Below are positions 26,400 to 34,970 of a stretch of DNA of 63,932 nucleotides, piece after piece. The notes beneath the pieces were generated by a model. That model saw only the letters and a program-made list of their open reading frames with translations, had not been told where the DNA came from and did no database searches. Source of the DNA: a virus (lineage: Duplodnaviria > Caudoviricetes); IMG/VR virus record IMGVR_UViG_3300037070_001552, positions 1 to 63,932 of that record. The stretch is one strand, 5' to 3'. The translations under genes were made by a program, and so were the position numbers. How positions within the stretch are numbered: position 1 is the stretch's first letter; every line of letters starts with the position of its first letter.

Positions 26400-26920
26400 G
26401 CTGAGAGTCCTTCCGCCAGCTTGCGGAGCGCGGTCGCGATGCCGTACTCCCGGTTGATGTGGGCTCGGGCAGAGACAGGCGTCTCGCCCCTGTCGTAGTC
26501 CTCGAGCACGCGCTTGGCCTCGGCGAGTCGATCGGCCAGGTCGGCCGGCACCTGTCGGTTGTACGTGGACTCGGGCATCACGATCTGCCCGTCGCGGTAG
26601 ACGTTCGACTCCTCGCCGTACCCATCGGCGTGCCACTCGGTGTTGACGGTGACGGTCGAGCCTCGCACCATGAGTGTGAACGACTGAGCCCATGCTGTGA
26701 TGTTCTGCTCGTCACCGTAGCGACCCTCGCCGGAGCAGGCGTAGACGCCAGGCATCGTGACGTTGGTGCCGTACGGTGGCTCGGTCGCACCCTCGATGCG
26801 CACGATCTCGAAGCCCTCATCCCACTTGTCCCCGTTGATGAGCTCGAAGTTGGGCAGGTGTGCGAGCCAGTCGTGCGGGCCGTCGTCCACCTGCACGTTG
26901 AACCAGATGTCAGTACCCAT
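26396..26920 (-). CDS. Hypothetical protein
   Basis: MGTDIWFN; coupled overlap. Confidence 0.7.
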   Translation of the reverse strand: MGTDIWFNVQVDDGPHDWLAHLPNFELINGDKWDEGFEIVRIEGATEPPYGTNVTMPGVYACSGEGRYGDEQNITAWAQSFTLMVRGSTVTVNTEWHADGYGEESNVYRDGQIVMPESTYNRQVPADLADRLAEAKRVLEDYDRGETPVSARAHINREYGIATALRKLAEGLSA

Positions 26921-27300
26921 CACGCATCCGCCTTGCGTGTGAGCTCGACGGCCTCGATGAGCAGGCCACGGATCTGCTCGCCGCTGCGCTGCCACTCGTC
27001 ATGGATCACGTGCTCGTCGAGCACCGCCTGTGCGATGTCGATCGGGTTCAGCGGCGTGGTCTTTGCGCCGGCGCATGCTCGAGCCAGTCGGCGTGCACCC
27101 TCGAACTCACGAATGATCTCGTCGAAGTACGAGAGCGACGCTTGCCAGTGCCCCTCGTCCGTGTGGTGCAGAGCCCCGTCGATGAGGCGAGGCACCGATG
27201 CCAGGTTGGTGCGGATGTTGTGCCGTGCCACGCCGTCGTCGGCGTTGATCTGCTCACGCGTGAGTGCGGTGCACGCATCGCATCCGGGGTGGTTCTTCAT
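26920..27300 (-). CDS. Hypothetical protein
   Basis: GAGGAG RBS; ATGA overlap. Confidence 0.7.
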   Translation of the reverse strand: MKNHPGCDACTALTREQINADDGVARHNIRTNLASVPRLIDGALHHTDEGHWQASLSYFDEIIREFEGARRLARACAGAKTTPLNPIDIAQAVLDEHVIHDEWQRSGEQIRGLLIEAVELTRKADA

Positions 27301-27932
27301 TGGATCTCCTCGCTGATCTCGAGTCGGTACGCAACGGTGGATGCCGGGCCGAACGTGACCCTCGCTGTCTTGCGGGTGCCGCCGAAGTACTTCGCGATGC
27401 CGGCCACCACGAGCGCTTCGGCCAAGCCCTTGTGCTCGACCTCATCCTTGACGTACACCTCGTTGGGGCCGGCATCCGGGATGTTCATGTAGGCGATGAG
27501 GTTGATGCTCAGCGTCTCGCGCTCGGTCATGCCCTCGTCGTTCTCGGCCTCGGCGATGAGAGCCACGCCGCCACCGTGGTACTTGCCACGCGTGACCGCC
27601 GCTTCATCCATGTGGATGTACTCGGTGTGGATCGCGTAGGTCACCGGCTCGGGCTCGTCCTCCTCCTCGGTGAACTCACCCTCGTAGTCGTAACCCCCGA
27701 CCTCGCACCAATACTTAGTGTTCTCGTCCTCGACGCCAGCGCTGCCCGGGTTGGGTACGCTGAGCTGCTCGAACAGACGCTGCAGTGGGGACATCACGTA
27801 CTCGATGGTCTCGCTGTCCCACTCGGGCGTCGAGCCAGCTGCGGCGATGCCGTCGATGACCGCCTCGATCACCTCGCCGGCGTGGTCTGCGAGCAACAGC
27901 TGCAGCTGCTCGCGCTTGTCGTTGGTCATCAC
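27297..27932 (-). CDS. Hypothetical acidic protein
   Basis: 211-aa ORF within operon. Confidence 0.7.
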   Translation of the reverse strand: MMTNDKREQLQLLLADHAGEVIEAVIDGIAAAGSTPEWDSETIEYVMSPLQRLFEQLSVPNPGSAGVEDENTKYWCEVGGYDYEGEFTEEEDEPEPVTYAIHTEYIHMDEAAVTRGKYHGGGVALIAEAENDEGMTERETLSINLIAYMNIPDAGPNEVYVKDEVEHKGLAEALVVAGIAKYFGGTRKTARVTFGPASTVAYRLEISEEIQ

Positions 27933-28096
27933 GTCACCTCTCGATCAGTGACGGCGTAAGCCGTCCCCATGTTGTCGTCCTCGTAGTTGGCAAGCACATC
28001 CGTGTTGCCGTCGTCGAGCATCTGCGCATCCGTGTCGCTGATCTCAGAGGAGAAGTCGATCTCGATGTGCTTCCGCCACTCCACTCTGCGCGTCAT
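27929..28096 (-). CDS. Hypothetical protein
   Basis: MTRRVEWR; GAAGGA RBS. Confidence 0.6.
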   Translation of the reverse strand: MTRRVEWRKHIEIDFSSEISDTDAQMLDDGNTDVLANYEDDNMGTAYAVTDREVT

Positions 28097-28341
28097 GATG
28101 TGTGTTCCTTCCAGCGCCGGAAGTACCCGACGCCTGTCGGTCGTAGTTCCGCCATCACCCACGATGCGGAGTGTCCGCACGCCGGGCAGTAGGCGATCCA
28201 TCCACGCTCGGTGTAGATCGAGACCTTCACTCGAGCTGCGCTCACGGCACGGCCGCTGTTGCGGCAGAGCGTGGCGCCCTTGGTCTCGGCTCGGTCGGCG
28301 AACGCCGGCGAGACGAGCTTGCGCTTGGTGTCCGTGCTCAC
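28093..28341 (-). CDS. Hypothetical protein (CxxC)
   Basis: GGAGG RBS before GTG; YCPACGH. Confidence 0.6.
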   Translation of the reverse strand: MSTDTKRKLVSPAFADRAETKGATLCRNSGRAVSAARVKVSIYTERGWIAYCPACGHSASWVMAELRPTGVGYFRRWKEHTS

Positions 28342-28436
28342 GAACAACCTCCGATCAGGTGGCCCATCGAGGTGATGAGCACGTAGAGCCCGACGCTGAC
28401 GGTGATGAAGCGCACCATCCATCGGGTGTCTTTCAC
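28338..28436 (-). CDS. Small membrane peptide (32 aa, not in ORF track)
   Basis: MKDTRWMVRFITVSVGLYVLITSMGHLIGGCS*; GTGA overlaps at both ends. Confidence 0.5.
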   Translation of the reverse strand: MKDTRWMVRFITVSVGLYVLITSMGHLIGGCS

Positions 28437-28861
28437 TGGTTCTTGTAGAGGCGCAGCCTCACGTAGTCCCCCGCGTGGGGGTAGTACCTGCCGTGCCATG
28501 TGCGACCTTCAATCGTTGCGACAACGGTGTGCATCGGAGCGCCGAAGCCTCCGGTCGTGCGGGCGGTGAGGTATCCACGACCCAGGACAGAGCCGGGCCA
28601 CGAGGTGATCTCGATCTTGCGTGAGTCGTACGGGCTCACGCCGTTCAGCTTGAGCGTGTAGTCGTGGACGTAGGCGAACAGCGGTGGGTCGCCGAACTTC
28701 GCGAGCTTGAACTCGCGACGCTCAGCCTCGGCGGCGCAGTCGTAGCACATCGACTTGCCGTGCTGGTCGCGGGCGTACCCCGTGCCGATGCCAGTCGTCG
28801 GCGTTGGCGGGTGACCGCAGTCGCACACGACGACCGGCACCGGCACAGAGATCGTGGGCAT
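28433..28861 (-). CDS. Hypothetical protein
   Basis: CDCGH...GTGYA...CYDCA. Confidence 0.7.
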   Translation of the reverse strand: MPTISVPVPVVVCDCGHPPTPTTGIGTGYARDQHGKSMCYDCAAEAERREFKLAKFGDPPLFAYVHDYTLKLNGVSPYDSRKIEITSWPGSVLGRGYLTARTTGGFGAPMHTVVATIEGRTWHGRYYPHAGDYVRLRLYKNQ

Positions 28862-28866
28862 GGTCC

Positions 28867-29274
28867 TCAGACCACGCTCTCGAGCAGCTGAGGCGAGACC
28901 CGCCAGTTGTTGGCGAGCGTGATGCTCTTGCTGTTCACGCGGATCACCGTCGTCTCGACGCCGGCGATGTTCTGCCGGCGAGTGCGGTCGTTGCTCACGA
29001 TCTTCACTCGGTCGCCGGGCTTGTACGCAGCGAGCGAGACGGGGTATGCCTCGGCCAGAGCGAGCCGGAATGCGGCGTCGTCGTGCCCGGTCTTGGTCAC
29101 CTTCGCGCTCATGCTCAGGTTGTAGACGCTGATCTTCCCGTCGGCGACGGATGCGATCACGGACTTGGACTGGTTGTGCCGCACGAGCACGAACTCCTTG
29201 CCGCGAAAGGTGAACGTGTCGCCGTGCCGCAGCCGGACGAGGGAGACGGGCGTCTCCGTGGTGGTGTCGGTCAT
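28867..29274 (-). CDS. Hypothetical protein (SH3/KOW-like repeats)
   Basis: GGAGGA RBS; YKPGDRVKIV...VIRVNSKSI. Confidence 0.7.
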   Translation of the reverse strand: MTDTTTETPVSLVRLRHGDTFTFRGKEFVLVRHNQSKSVIASVADGKISVYNLSMSAKVTKTGHDDAAFRLALAEAYPVSLAAYKPGDRVKIVSNDRTRRQNIAGVETTVIRVNSKSITLANNWRVSPQLLESVV

Positions 29275-29297
29275 GATTCCTCCGAGTCGTGTGTTGT

Positions 29298-29330
29298 GCG
29301 AGGGCGGGCTCTCGGTGAACCCGCCCTCGT
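29298..29330 (-). terminator. Hairpin after dprA
   Basis: GCGAGGGCGGG / CCCGCCCTCGT. Confidence 0.45.
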
Positions 29331-29354
29331 GCTGGCCGATCGTTGTGTGCTGGG

Positions 29355-30266
29355 CTACACCATGCTCACCTCCTTGGTGGTCGCACCCGTGAGGTGGCGA
29401 ACGTCGTCAGCCGACGTGATCAGCGAGGCGTGCGCCTCGGCGATCAGGTGGTGGCAGCCTGCGCTGGCGGCCGACGTGATGGGACCAGGCACCGCACCGA
29501 CCGCACGGCCGAGACCGTAGGCGTGAGCCGCCTCGTTCAGTGAGCCGGATCGGAACCCTGCCTCGACCACGATGGACGCCTCGCTCGCCGCTGCGATCAA
29601 GCGGTTGCGCATGAGGAACCGCCACTTGGTCGGCGACGAGCCCGGCGGAACCTCGCTGACCACGGCACCACGCTCGGTGATGCGAGAGATCAGGTCGGCG
29701 TGGCCGGCAGGGTACGGGCGGTCGACGCCACCGGCGAGGAAGGCGATCGTCGTGCCGCCGGCGGCGAGTGTCGCACGATGAGCGGCACCGTCGATGCCGT
29801 ACGCCGCACCGCTCACGATGGTGTGGTCACGTGCGAGATCCGCGGCGAGCTCCATCGTGACGTGCTCGCCGTAGCTGGTCGCTGCTCGAGCGCCCACGAT
29901 GGCGACGTTGTGCGCCTTGGGCCAGTCGAGTTGACCCTTCACGTAGAGCACGTGCGGTGCGGTGCGTCCGAGATCCTCGAATGACACCGGCCACTGAGGA
30001 TCTTCACGCGTGATGATCGTGATGTCCTTGACCTCGCACGCGGTGAGGATGTCACGCACCACGTTCTCGTGGTAGCGAGGGCGCACACGCTGGATGAACG
30101 CCGCGTGTGCCGGCGAGGGGATCGCGATGGTGTCGCGCACGATCATCTCGATCAACTCGGGCACGGTCACGAGCTCGAGCAGCTTGCCGGCGTACTCATC
30201 GCCGGGCTCGGTCAGGTGGGACAGCAAGATCCGTGCGTTGCGCACGGACAGCGTGGATGCAGGCAT
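29355..30266 (-). CDS. dprA: DprA/Smf DNA-processing protein
   Basis: VAIVGARAATSYG, IVSGAAYGIDGAAH, FLMRNRLIAA, VVEAGFRSGSL, AVPGPITS. Confidence 0.92.
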   Translation of the reverse strand: MPASTLSVRNARILLSHLTEPGDEYAGKLLELVTVPELIEMIVRDTIAIPSPAHAAFIQRVRPRYHENVVRDILTACEVKDITIITREDPQWPVSFEDLGRTAPHVLYVKGQLDWPKAHNVAIVGARAATSYGEHVTMELAADLARDHTIVSGAAYGIDGAAHRATLAAGGTTIAFLAGGVDRPYPAGHADLISRITERGAVVSEVPPGSSPTKWRFLMRNRLIAAASEASIVVEAGFRSGSLNEAAHAYGLGRAVGAVPGPITSAASAGCHHLIAEAHASLITSADDVRHLTGATTKEVSMV

Positions 30267-30286
30267 TGTGCTTCCTTCCGGGGAAG

Positions 30287-30311
30287 TGAAGCCCAAACGG
30301 TTTGGGCTTCA
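30287..30311. promoter_or_regulatory. Palindromic operator, copy 2 (extended)
   Basis: TGAAGCCCAAAC-G-GTTTGGGCTTCA. Confidence 0.7.
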
Positions 30312-30330
30312 TCTTTGGTGACGTATGACA

Positions 30331-30359
30331 AACCTATCGCAGCGATGGCCTTAGGTCTA
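30331..30359 (-). promoter_or_regulatory. Putative promoter (GACCTAAGG class)
   Basis: TAGACC-N17 (begins TAAGG)-TAGGTT. Confidence 0.65.
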
Positions 30360-30629
30360 GCCTCGGATGGCGAACGCCTGAGACTTCCACTGCTCACGAG
30401 CGTCATCGAGCGAGGCGAACCACCACTGGTGTAGCTCGAGCATGTTGCCCGCGATCCCGTCGATGTCGATCACCTCACGGGTGACGACGAACGGGGTGTG
30501 CACACGTGGCTCGTCGTACGCCAGCTGAGCGGCGTGAATCTTGCCGTCACGCTGGACCATCGCCGTCTCGCGCAAGCCCTGCTTGAGCGAGTCCACGGTC
30601 AGCCACTTCTGCTTGCTCCGCGCACTCAT
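30357..30629 (-). CDS. Hypothetical protein
   Basis: MSARSKQ; TGATG overlap. Confidence 0.65.
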   Translation of the reverse strand: MSARSKQKWLTVDSLKQGLRETAMVQRDGKIHAAQLAYDEPRVHTPFVVTREVIDIDGIAGNMLELHQWWFASLDDAREQWKSQAFAIRG

Positions 30630-31738
30630 CAGCTTGCCGGTCGGATGAATGCCCACGCCGGCAGGTGACCGGCGGTGACGAACGAGTGCACGATCTCGGC
30701 GAGTCCGTGCTCGGGGTCAGCGATGATCGCCTGCTTGGCGTAGTGCTCGGCGTGCGAGCTGCGACCCAGTGCCCACGAGAGCCACGCTGCGGTGGCGAGG
30801 GCGCCTGCCTGCACCTCGTTGGTGGTGTAGCTGGCGACGTGACGCATCAGCTTGAGCGCTCGCTCGAGACGCTCGGGGTTGGGCTGCGGACCCTCGCCCC
30901 ACATCTGCATCGCGAGATCGGCGGGGTACTCGACGCCTTCCTCCCATGCCATCTGCGCCTCGAGCGCACGGTCGCCGGCGTCCCGCCCGTTGCACCACTG
31001 GACCAGAGCCACGTCACGCAGCGCCGGCCGAGCGAAGCACCACGCCAGGGCGGCGGTGCTGTAAGCCGGGATGTCCTTGGGCACCCACGTGAGGGCCTGC
31101 TCGTAGAGCTCGGGCAGATCGTCGAGCATCGCCACCGTGAGGATCGCCTCGACGTTGGCCGGGTCGAACTCGGACGTGGACTCACCCGTGGTGAGCACCT
31201 CGATCGTGACGGCCAGGCCGGCAAGCGCTGCCTGCACATCCTCGAAGTCGCCGAGCTCGACCGCGGGCAGCTCCGTGCCGGCGAGCACACCGCCTGCCTT
31301 GATCGACGGGAGATCCGGGTCGTCGTCGAGCACGAGATCCGAGAGCGGCTTGACCTCGAGCGTGGGATCGAACGCGCTCACGTACCCGTCGTTGGCGACG
31401 ATGAGCTTGTCGCTCAGGTGGATGCCGGCCTGGTGCGCACGTTCGTTGAACTCGTGGATGAGCGGCAAGCCGATGCCTTCGAGCGCAGTCTCGTCCGTGT
31501 ACACGATGGGCACGAATGCGGTGACCTCTCGGATCTGCAGAGCGACGCCCATGATGGACGCGACCGAGCTCACGAGCGAGTCGGCCGGCGGGAGATCGAA
31601 GCGCATCGCGCCGACCGAGCGTGACCCGTTGAACGGGATCACAACCAGGCTGCGCTCGGGCACGTAGCCGAGCATGCGAGGCACGAGCTTGAGGAAGTCG
31701 GACGCGTTCGCGGCCTTGCGTGTGATGGTCATGGTCAT
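30629..31738 (-). CDS. DUF4192-family protein
   Basis: VPRMLGYVPERSLVV...MRFDLP; PALRD; AWLSWALGRSSHA...HGLA. Confidence 0.75.
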   Translation of the reverse strand: MTMTITRKAANASDFLKLVPRMLGYVPERSLVVIPFNGSRSVGAMRFDLPPADSLVSSVASIMGVALQIREVTAFVPIVYTDETALEGIGLPLIHEFNERAHQAGIHLSDKLIVANDGYVSAFDPTLEVKPLSDLVLDDDPDLPSIKAGGVLAGTELPAVELGDFEDVQAALAGLAVTIEVLTTGESTSEFDPANVEAILTVAMLDDLPELYEQALTWVPKDIPAYSTAALAWCFARPALRDVALVQWCNGRDAGDRALEAQMAWEEGVEYPADLAMQMWGEGPQPNPERLERALKLMRHVASYTTNEVQAGALATAAWLSWALGRSSHAEHYAKQAIIADPEHGLAEIVHSFVTAGHLPAWAFIRPAS

Positions 31739-31998
31739 GCTCCTTGTGTCGTGAACTGGACGTTGTGGGCGGGGGTGCGGGACGTGTTGGTGACGCTGAT
31801 GAGCGCGCCATCTTCGTTGATCTTCCAGACCCAACGAGGGGTCTCATCCCCGGGCTCGCCCACCTCCATCGTGATGCTCTCGGCGACCGAGTGCTTGCGC
31901 GCATCGCGCAGCTCGAGCTCGCCCTGCTCGATGGTGTCGAACTCCACGAATGCGACGTGGGTGCGAGTCGGGTCGTCGATGATTCCGGTGTAACGCAT
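31735..31998 (-). CDS. Hypothetical protein
   Basis: GAGGAG RBS before MRYTGII. Confidence 0.65.
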   Translation of the reverse strand: MRYTGIIDDPTRTHVAFVEFDTIEQGELELRDARKHSVAESITMEVGEPGDETPRWVWKINEDGALISVTNTSRTPAHNVQFTTQGA

Positions 31999-32142
31999 GG
32001 TCGTGCTCCTCTCGTGTGAGCACCCGATCGGGCGCTCGTGGTGGTGGTCATGCAAGGAGGTGCGGGCTCCCCGTGCGGTCTTGCCGACTCGCGGGTGGGC
32101 CCGCTACAAACGGTCGCCCGCACCTCCGGTGTGTGTGGTCTG

Positions 32143-32403
32143 TCAGGCGCTAGCGAAGTGCCGCGCGAGCTTCGGGTTGACGGGGATCCAGTCGCCCGCA
32201 TCGGTGCGTCGGAGCACCGGCGTGACGAACTCGTGGCGTCGCATGATGGCGACGCGAGCGCGCTTGGCTGCACCCTCCGAGGGGTACGTCGAGGTGACCA
32301 CCGCACCGTGTCCGGGGACACGTGTGGCGAGCGCGAAGCGGTGCGAACGGGCGGGCTTGAATGCGGGTGCGGGGGTGTAACCCGGCACGTCTACGTACGT
32401 CAT
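32143..32403 (-). CDS. Hypothetical protein
   Basis: CCCCGGAAAGGA RBS; promoter upstream. Confidence 0.7.
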   Translation of the reverse strand: MTYVDVPGYTPAPAFKPARSHRFALATRVPGHGAVVTSTYPSEGAAKRARVAIMRRHEFVTPVLRRTDAGDWIPVNPKLARHFASA

Positions 32404-32435
32404 GGTGAGTGTCCTTTCCGGGGCCAGTGGTCACT

Positions 32436-32464
32436 AGCCTATGGTGCGGCGAGCCTTAGGTCAA
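32436..32464 (-). promoter_or_regulatory. Putative promoter (GACCTAAGG class)
   Basis: TTGACC-N17 (begins TAAGG)-TAGGCT. Confidence 0.7.
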
Positions 32465-32544
32465 CGGCTCGATGGGCCATGCGCCTGTCTGCGCATGTGC
32501 ATGTACGTCCATGCGCAAGTGCGCACAACGCGAGGAGGGCGGGG

Positions 32545-32559
32545 CCCAAACGGTTTGGG
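32545..32559. promoter_or_regulatory. Palindromic operator, copy 3
   Basis: CCCAAACGGTTTGGG. Confidence 0.7.
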
Positions 32560-32560
32560 G

Positions 32561-32860
32561 TCAGCCCTGGTAGAGCTCGTCGTGCGGCGTGAACACGACG
32601 GGCCCGCAGTAGTACGCGTCCGTGCTGGGCTGCCCGCTCTCGAGGATCATCGCGACACATACGCGGTCACCCTCGTGCACGATCGGGTCGCCGGCGACGA
32701 TGATGAACAGCGCGATCAGGCCCCCGATGCAGGCGCCGGCGAGCACGCCGAGGCCGAAGATCGCGTTGACCGAGTTGGTCTTGGGCGTGTGTGTGCCGGC
32801 CACCGCAGCGGTGCGGAAGTGCTCGCTCACGGGCTGGTGTGTGGTGCGTCTGGCGTCCAT
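32561..32860 (-). CDS. Membrane protein
   Basis: GAGG RBS; one TM segment. Confidence 0.6.
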   Translation of the reverse strand: MDARRTTHQPVSEHFRTAAVAGTHTPKTNSVNAIFGLGVLAGACIGGLIALFIIVAGDPIVHEGDRVCVAMILESGQPSTDAYYCGPVVFTPHDELYQG

Positions 32861-32930
32861 TTTTGTTGACCTCTCTCGAGTGTGTGCGGGGCGCACGCTA
32901 TGGCGTACGTGGCCCCATCTTTGTTGACGA

Positions 32931-33086
32931 TTACGAGCGGATGAGCTCGCGTGCTTCGACGAGCCAGGTGATGTCCGGCCGCTGCGTGCTGCTCACCCGC
33001 ACGAGCGAGCGTGTGCGGTGCGGGCGTGTGATCCGGCGCACCTCGATGAGAGTGCCGGCCACGCGCACGTACCAGCGCACGCTCAC
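32931..33086 (-). CDS. Small basic hypothetical protein (51 aa, not in ORF track)
   Basis: MSVRWYVRV...ELIRS*; GTGA overlap. Confidence 0.5.
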   Translation of the reverse strand: MSVRWYVRVAGTLIEVRRITRPHRTRSLVRVSSTQRPDITWLVEARELIRS

Positions 33087-33199
33087 GAGCGCCTGCGCAG
33101 GTGCAGCCCGAGCGCAAAGAGCAGGATCCCCACGACCACCGCGAGCGCGATGAGCGGGCGATCGAGCGGGATGGTCTCGATCCCGGCGAGCGCGCTCAT
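33083..33199 (-). CDS. Small membrane protein
   Basis: MSALAG...LIALAVVVGILLFALGL.RRR; ATGA overlap. Confidence 0.55.
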   Translation of the reverse strand: MSALAGIETIPLDRPLIALAVVVGILLFALGLHLRRRS

Positions 33200-33423
33200 G
33201 TCCAGCGCTCGCAGTCGCACGAGCGTGCCTGCACGAGATCGCAGAGCTCGTAGAACACGCGCTCCAAGCGACGCTCCTGCATGCGCTCGTGAGAGCGGGT
33301 GTGCGAGTGATCGAGCGCCCGGATGAGCCGGATCTCGAGCGTGCGCAAGCGCACCTCGCGGGTGGTGCGGGTGGTGTGTGTGCATGTGGCCGGGATGCTC
33401 ACGGCCTGGGTGTCGATTGCCAT
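33196..33423 (-). CDS. Hypothetical protein (probably leaderless)
   Basis: ATG lies 6 nt downstream of a -10 box. Confidence 0.6.
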   Translation of the reverse strand: MAIDTQAVSIPATCTHTTRTTREVRLRTLEIRLIRALDHSHTRSHERMQERRLERVFYELCDLVQARSCDCERWT

Positions 33424-33429
33424 GTGAAC

Positions 33430-33458
33430 AACCTATGCCCTGCCGAGCCTTAGGTCCA
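33430..33458 (-). promoter_or_regulatory. Putative promoter (GACCTAAGG class)
   Basis: TGGACC-N17 (begins TAAGG)-TAGGTT. Confidence 0.65.
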
Positions 33459-33504
33459 GCGTTCGCGCACCACCCGTGCGCGTGACGCGCGAGCTGCTCG
33501 AACC

Positions 33505-33519
33505 CCCAAACGGTTTGGG
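33505..33519. promoter_or_regulatory. Palindromic operator, copy 4
   Basis: CCCAAACGGTTTGGG between divergent promoters. Confidence 0.7.
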
Positions 33520-33560
33520 GTTCCCGGTCCTCGCGCTACGCGCACAGTTCGGGGCAGGGT

Positions 33561-33592
33561 GGCTTGACATGGGGCCTGTCAAGCCGTAGTCT
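33561..33592 (+). promoter_or_regulatory. Near-consensus SigA promoter overlapped by an inverted repeat
   Basis: TTGACA-N17-TAGTCT; GGCTTGACA-N7-TGTCAAGCC. Confidence 0.75.
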
Positions 33593-33678
33593 GATCCGTG
33601 ATCGGCCCGAACCGGGTCGGCGAACCGGGTCCCACACGGGACACACGATGCGGGACACACGCCCCGCGAGGAGGAATC

Positions 33679-34638
33679 ATGACCAGCAAGACAGCGATCA
33701 AGCCCATCACGTGGACGAGCGCGGAGCGCATCGCGAAGGCTTTCCGGACGAGCGACAAGGATCTCGCCGCCCGCGTACGAGCACTCATCCCCGTGTGCGA
33801 CCGGTCGGCGGCGACCATCGTCGACGAGGTGTGGGCCGCGTACGAGGCGCACAAGAGCGTGCTCACGTGGGCGTTCGGAGAATCCACGATCCAGACCAGC
33901 CTGAACGTCGCGAAGGCGTACGTGAGCATCGCGCCGAGCCTGCGGGCGAAGCTCACGACGGCCCAGGAAACGTCGATCCTCGCGGATCTCGTGCGCATCC
34001 GGCGCTCACGTGAGACCATCCCGGTCGCCGGTCGCAAGACGGGCATGGCGGGCGGCGCGAAGGCCCTGAACGCGGCGATCGCCGCTTGCGTGACGAGCGA
34101 GCCCGCGAAGTGGATGGTCGGCGTCAACGTGGTCGCGAACGTCATCGGCGAAGCCGAAGCCGCAGACAGGCGTGGGCGTACGGCCGCGAAGCGGATGACC
34201 GGCGACGATGACTCGGCGACCGACGCCGCGAGCGCACACAACGAGCAGGCGGCCGACGTGCGCAAGGGCAACGAGGGCGCCGAGAAGAACAACACACGGG
34301 CGCACCGGGCGAGCAAGAACGAGCGCAAGTCCACGGTGACCGACCCGCTCAAGCCGAGCGCGGAGACGCAGGCGCACATGCCCGCCGACAACTCCGGCAA
34401 CGTCGCACCGGCGAAGATCGACCCGCTCGCCGACGCGAGCGTGGACGCGCTCCTGAAAGAACTCTCCAAGCGCCTGATCCTCGGATACGTGCCTACGGGC
34501 AAGCAGGATCTCGCGATGACCGAACTCGCCGCGACGTGGCAGGCACGCGTCGAGGATGCGCCCGCGAAGATGGCAGGCAAGTACCTCGAGCGCACGTCGG
34601 CTCCCGTGGGCGAGGCCCTGGCAGGTTCCGTGAAGTAA
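33679..34638 (+). CDS. Hypothetical protein (319 aa)
   Basis: GAGGAGGA RBS; own promoter and downstream hairpin. Confidence 0.75.
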   Translation: MTSKTAIKPITWTSAERIAKAFRTSDKDLAARVRALIPVCDRSAATIVDEVWAAYEAHKSVLTWAFGESTIQTSLNVAKAYVSIAPSLRAKLTTAQETSILADLVRIRRSRETIPVAGRKTGMAGGAKALNAAIAACVTSEPAKWMVGVNVVANVIGEAEAADRRGRTAAKRMTGDDDSATDAASAHNEQAADVRKGNEGAEKNNTRAHRASKNERKSTVTDPLKPSAETQAHMPADNSGNVAPAKIDPLADASVDALLKELSKRLILGYVPTGKQDLAMTELAATWQARVEDAPAKMAGKYLERTSAPVGEALAGSVK

Positions 34639-34655
34639 CCTCGCGTCGCTCGTTG

Positions 34656-34690
34656 AGCGCCCGTCGCCCGCACGTTGGGTGACGGGCGCT
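34656..34690 (+). terminator. Hairpin terminator
   Basis: AGCGCCCGTCGCCC / GGGTGACGGGCGCT followed by CGTTCGTT. Confidence 0.6.
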
Positions 34691-34890
34691 CGTTCGTTGG
34701 CGCGCGGTCGCTCGTTGAGTGACCTCGCACACGCGAGCTGCTCGCGCGCACACCCTACGCGCGCGAGAGTCTCGCCCGGCAGAATGCCGGCCACGCGCAC
34801 ACGCGCGCCAGCTCGCACGCGCGAGCTGCCCGCGCGCAGCTGCGTGCACACGCCCACGCGCACCCACGCGCGCGAGGCCGAAAGTCACAC

Positions 34891-34919
34891 TTGCACTATG
34901 GCTCCGGATGCCTTAGCGT
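34891..34919 (+). promoter_or_regulatory. Putative SigA promoter
   Basis: TTGCAC-N17-TAGCGT. Confidence 0.55.
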
Positions 34920-34970
34920 GTGTCTTGCACGGTTCCACACGGGGACCGGCGAACCGGATAGGAAACGATC

